Assembly: GCA_016187745.1 (NCBI GenBank)
Contig: JACPJC010000008.1
Location: 1-26,432, forward strand
Direction: 5' to 3'
Length of the DNA: 26,432 nucleotides
Source: Candidatus Iainarchaeum sp.
Lineage (GTDB): Archaea > Iainarchaeota > Iainarchaeia > Iainarchaeales > JAXPJC01
Below the pieces are notes generated by a model, which did not search any database, was not told the origin of the DNA, and saw only the letters and a program-made list of their open reading frames with translations. Each line of letters begins with the position of its first letter. Within the stretch, counting starts at the first letter, position 1. Shown here one piece after another: positions 24,759-26,432 of this stretch. The translations under genes were made by a program, and so were the position numbers.

Positions 24759-25352
24759 TTAAGCTCGCCCCAGTGAAGACAATTCCTTAACAAATTCGCT
24801 GAGCTTGCCTGATTTTTGCGAGCATTCCTTGAACCATGAGGCGCTTGCAAGCGCCTGGCCACCAGCCAGCAGGGCTTTCTTGTAATTTTCCTCAGGGTTT
24901 GCCCCGTTTCTTGATTGCTGCGAGATAAGCGCAATTTCATCCGAAAGTTTTCTGGGCTCCTTCTCTGAAGATATTATGAATGTCCTGTCAAGAAGCTCCT
25001 CAACCGCTTTTACGGCCTCTTCCTCGCTCACATCCTTCTCATCCATATAATAAGTGGCCTTCCAATCCCCTTTAACGTGCCAGTAGTGTGTGGGATTTTT
25101 CCCTGTGAGGAAGAAATTTTTAAGGTCCTGCAGTGCGTTTGTAGGTATGATAACGCAGTTCTTTCCGGGCCTTAAATAAGGATATGCTGACAGAATTCCC
25201 TTCCTGTGATACCTGTATGTTTTTCCGCTTGATTTGCACACCGTTTGCGTGTAGCCGTAAATTGCGCGGAATAATTTCTGATAGGTGTATGAGGAATGCT
25301 TAATGGATTTAGGAATTATAAATTTATACTGGATAAAATAAGCTTTTGGCAC
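24759..25352 (-). CDS. Hypothetical protein with basic N-terminal domain (possibly ferredoxin-fold nucleic-acid binding)
   Basis: Long ORF translationally abutting maf; KLFRAIYGY...YRY.RKGIL...PY.R..K.CVIIP. GTG start at 25352 or 25367. Confidence 0.7.
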   Translation of the reverse strand: MPKAYFIQYKFIIPKSIKHSSYTYQKLFRAIYGYTQTVCKSSGKTYRYHRKGILSAYPYLRPGKNCVIIPTNALQDLKNFFLTGKNPTHYWHVKGDWKATYYMDEKDVSEEEAVKAVEELLDRTFIISSEKEPRKLSDEIALISQQSRNGANPEENYKKALLAGGQALASASWFKECSQKSGKLSEFVKELSSLGRA

Positions 25353-25492
25353 AACCCCACCCCACACTTCCCCTATTCCTTGTTTTTTGTATTTGGCATG
25401 TTATTATGTATAAAGTATAAACATAAAAATATATAAATGTTTTTATAGGAATAAAAAGAAAATAGAAATAGAAAAACAAAAGAAAGTATTAT

Positions 25493-25795
25493 TCAGCGCC
25501 TGTGGTAATAAGTTGGCCTTTGTGCAGGGGCTGGAGCCGCTTCTTCCGGCTCAGTGAATTTTCCGGTGCCAACAATAATTATATCCTTGGTTGACCTGAC
25601 ATTCCTGAAGGGAATGCTTTTTTCACTGATTATCTTCTTAGCTTCCTGCTTGCTTTTTACCTTCAAAGGCTCTGTGGTTATTGTTTCAATCCTGCCCTTC
25701 TCAAGGTTTATAACAAGATCGAAAACCTTGCCCTTGTATTCGGCGTCTGCTGTGTAGATGTCCATGCCGAAAAGCTTAGATAAACGCAAAGTCAT
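25493..25795 (-). CDS. PRC-barrel domain protein
   Basis: RLSKLFGMDIYT..AEY.GKV.DLVIN...G.I...IPF..V...KDIIIV; GGAGG SD upstream. Confidence 0.9.
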   Translation of the reverse strand: MTLRLSKLFGMDIYTADAEYKGKVFDLVINLEKGRIETITTEPLKVKSKQEAKKIISEKSIPFRNVRSTKDIIIVGTGKFTEPEEAAPAPAQRPTYYHRR

Positions 25796-25922
25796 GTTTC
25801 TGCCTCCTTTTCATTAAAAAACAAATTCCCTTATTATAAAAATTTGTTTTACTATATAAAGGTTTCGGTAAAATATGCCTTAACCACTCATAAAATAGCA
25901 AATAATGAGAAAGGACAGCACA

Positions 25923-26066
25923 TATACATAACAGCAATTTTCACCTGAATTAAAAAAACCTAAAAGAGTCAAACAATTCAGATTATACATAAATTTTTAT
26001 ACATATATCCTGCAACATATTGTATTTAGTATATAAACTGCAATATATACATAATAATTTATACAT
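25923..26066 (+). repeat. Five phased TATACAT direct repeats in a divergent promoter region
   Basis: Copies start at 25923, 25984, 25998, 26046 and 26060. Confidence 0.65.
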
Positions 26067-26139
26067 TTTCTGGCGTCTGCTAGAAAAATTTATTAATCAG
26101 TTGAGGCCTAATAGATTGGAAGGGCCTGGATTTGGGAGA

Positions 26140-26427
26140 ATGGAAAATTTCAAGGAGAATAAACTGCTCTACACATTCCTGCGCGAGAAGCCGGGAATGG
26201 CGCTGATAAGCCTTGCAGACCAGAAGACAGAGTGGTATGCGTCATTGCTTGCGAAGAAAATTGACTGCACTTATCCGCATGTTGTAAAAATGCTTGCTGT
26301 TTTTACTTCCCTCGGGCTGATAAGGCAGAAAAACAAGGGCAGGAAAAGGATGATTGCCCTTACAAACAAGGGAAGCGAGATTGCGCATGATTTGGAAAGC
26401 CTTGTCATGCATGTTGGAAAATTGTAA
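26140..26427 (+). CDS. MarR-like winged helix-turn-helix protein
   Basis: YASLLAKKIDCTYPHVVKML..F..LGLI.....GR.R.IALT.KG..IA; start moved to ATG 26140. Confidence 0.88.
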   Translation: MENFKENKLLYTFLREKPGMALISLADQKTEWYASLLAKKIDCTYPHVVKMLAVFTSLGLIRQKNKGRKRMIALTNKGSEIAHDLESLVMHVGKL

Positions 26428-26432
26428 AACCG

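Overview
Archaeal core-genome window with no CRISPR array, rRNA or recognisable transposase/integrase. Archaeal origin is supported by RadA, TFE-alpha, aTrm56, class I LysRS, GGGP synthase, RPA, a class III signal-peptide protein and BHB-type tRNA introns. The gene mix suggests a DPANN archaeon, possibly Diapherotrites/Iainarchaeota-like (inference only). It holds about 27 likely CDSs and four tRNA genes, all intron-containing (six introns, five at non-canonical positions). Highlights: (1) tRNA-Phe(GAA) split by three introns, leaving 7-nt and 6-nt internal micro-exons, whose splice motifs are mutually exclusive and imply an obligatory splicing order; (2) a long multidomain RelA/SpoT homologue with intact synthetase and TGS/ZFD/ACT but a degenerate hydrolase and a hybrid RxDD motif, next to a KaiC-like ATPase, LysRS, tRNAs and SerRS; (3) a 50-aa half-SWIB basic miniprotein with strong expression signals; (4) a pilin-signal adhesin with Cys-stapled Asp-box-like repeats; (5) interspersed orphan genes with basic termini, one kinase-like; (6) candidate cis-elements: a radA leader hairpin, a 26-bp perfect palindrome, TTAC-N-GTAA and phased TATACAT repeats, and a cassette-like inverted-repeat-flanked gene. 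All protein calls come from motifs read by eye; no searches were run.
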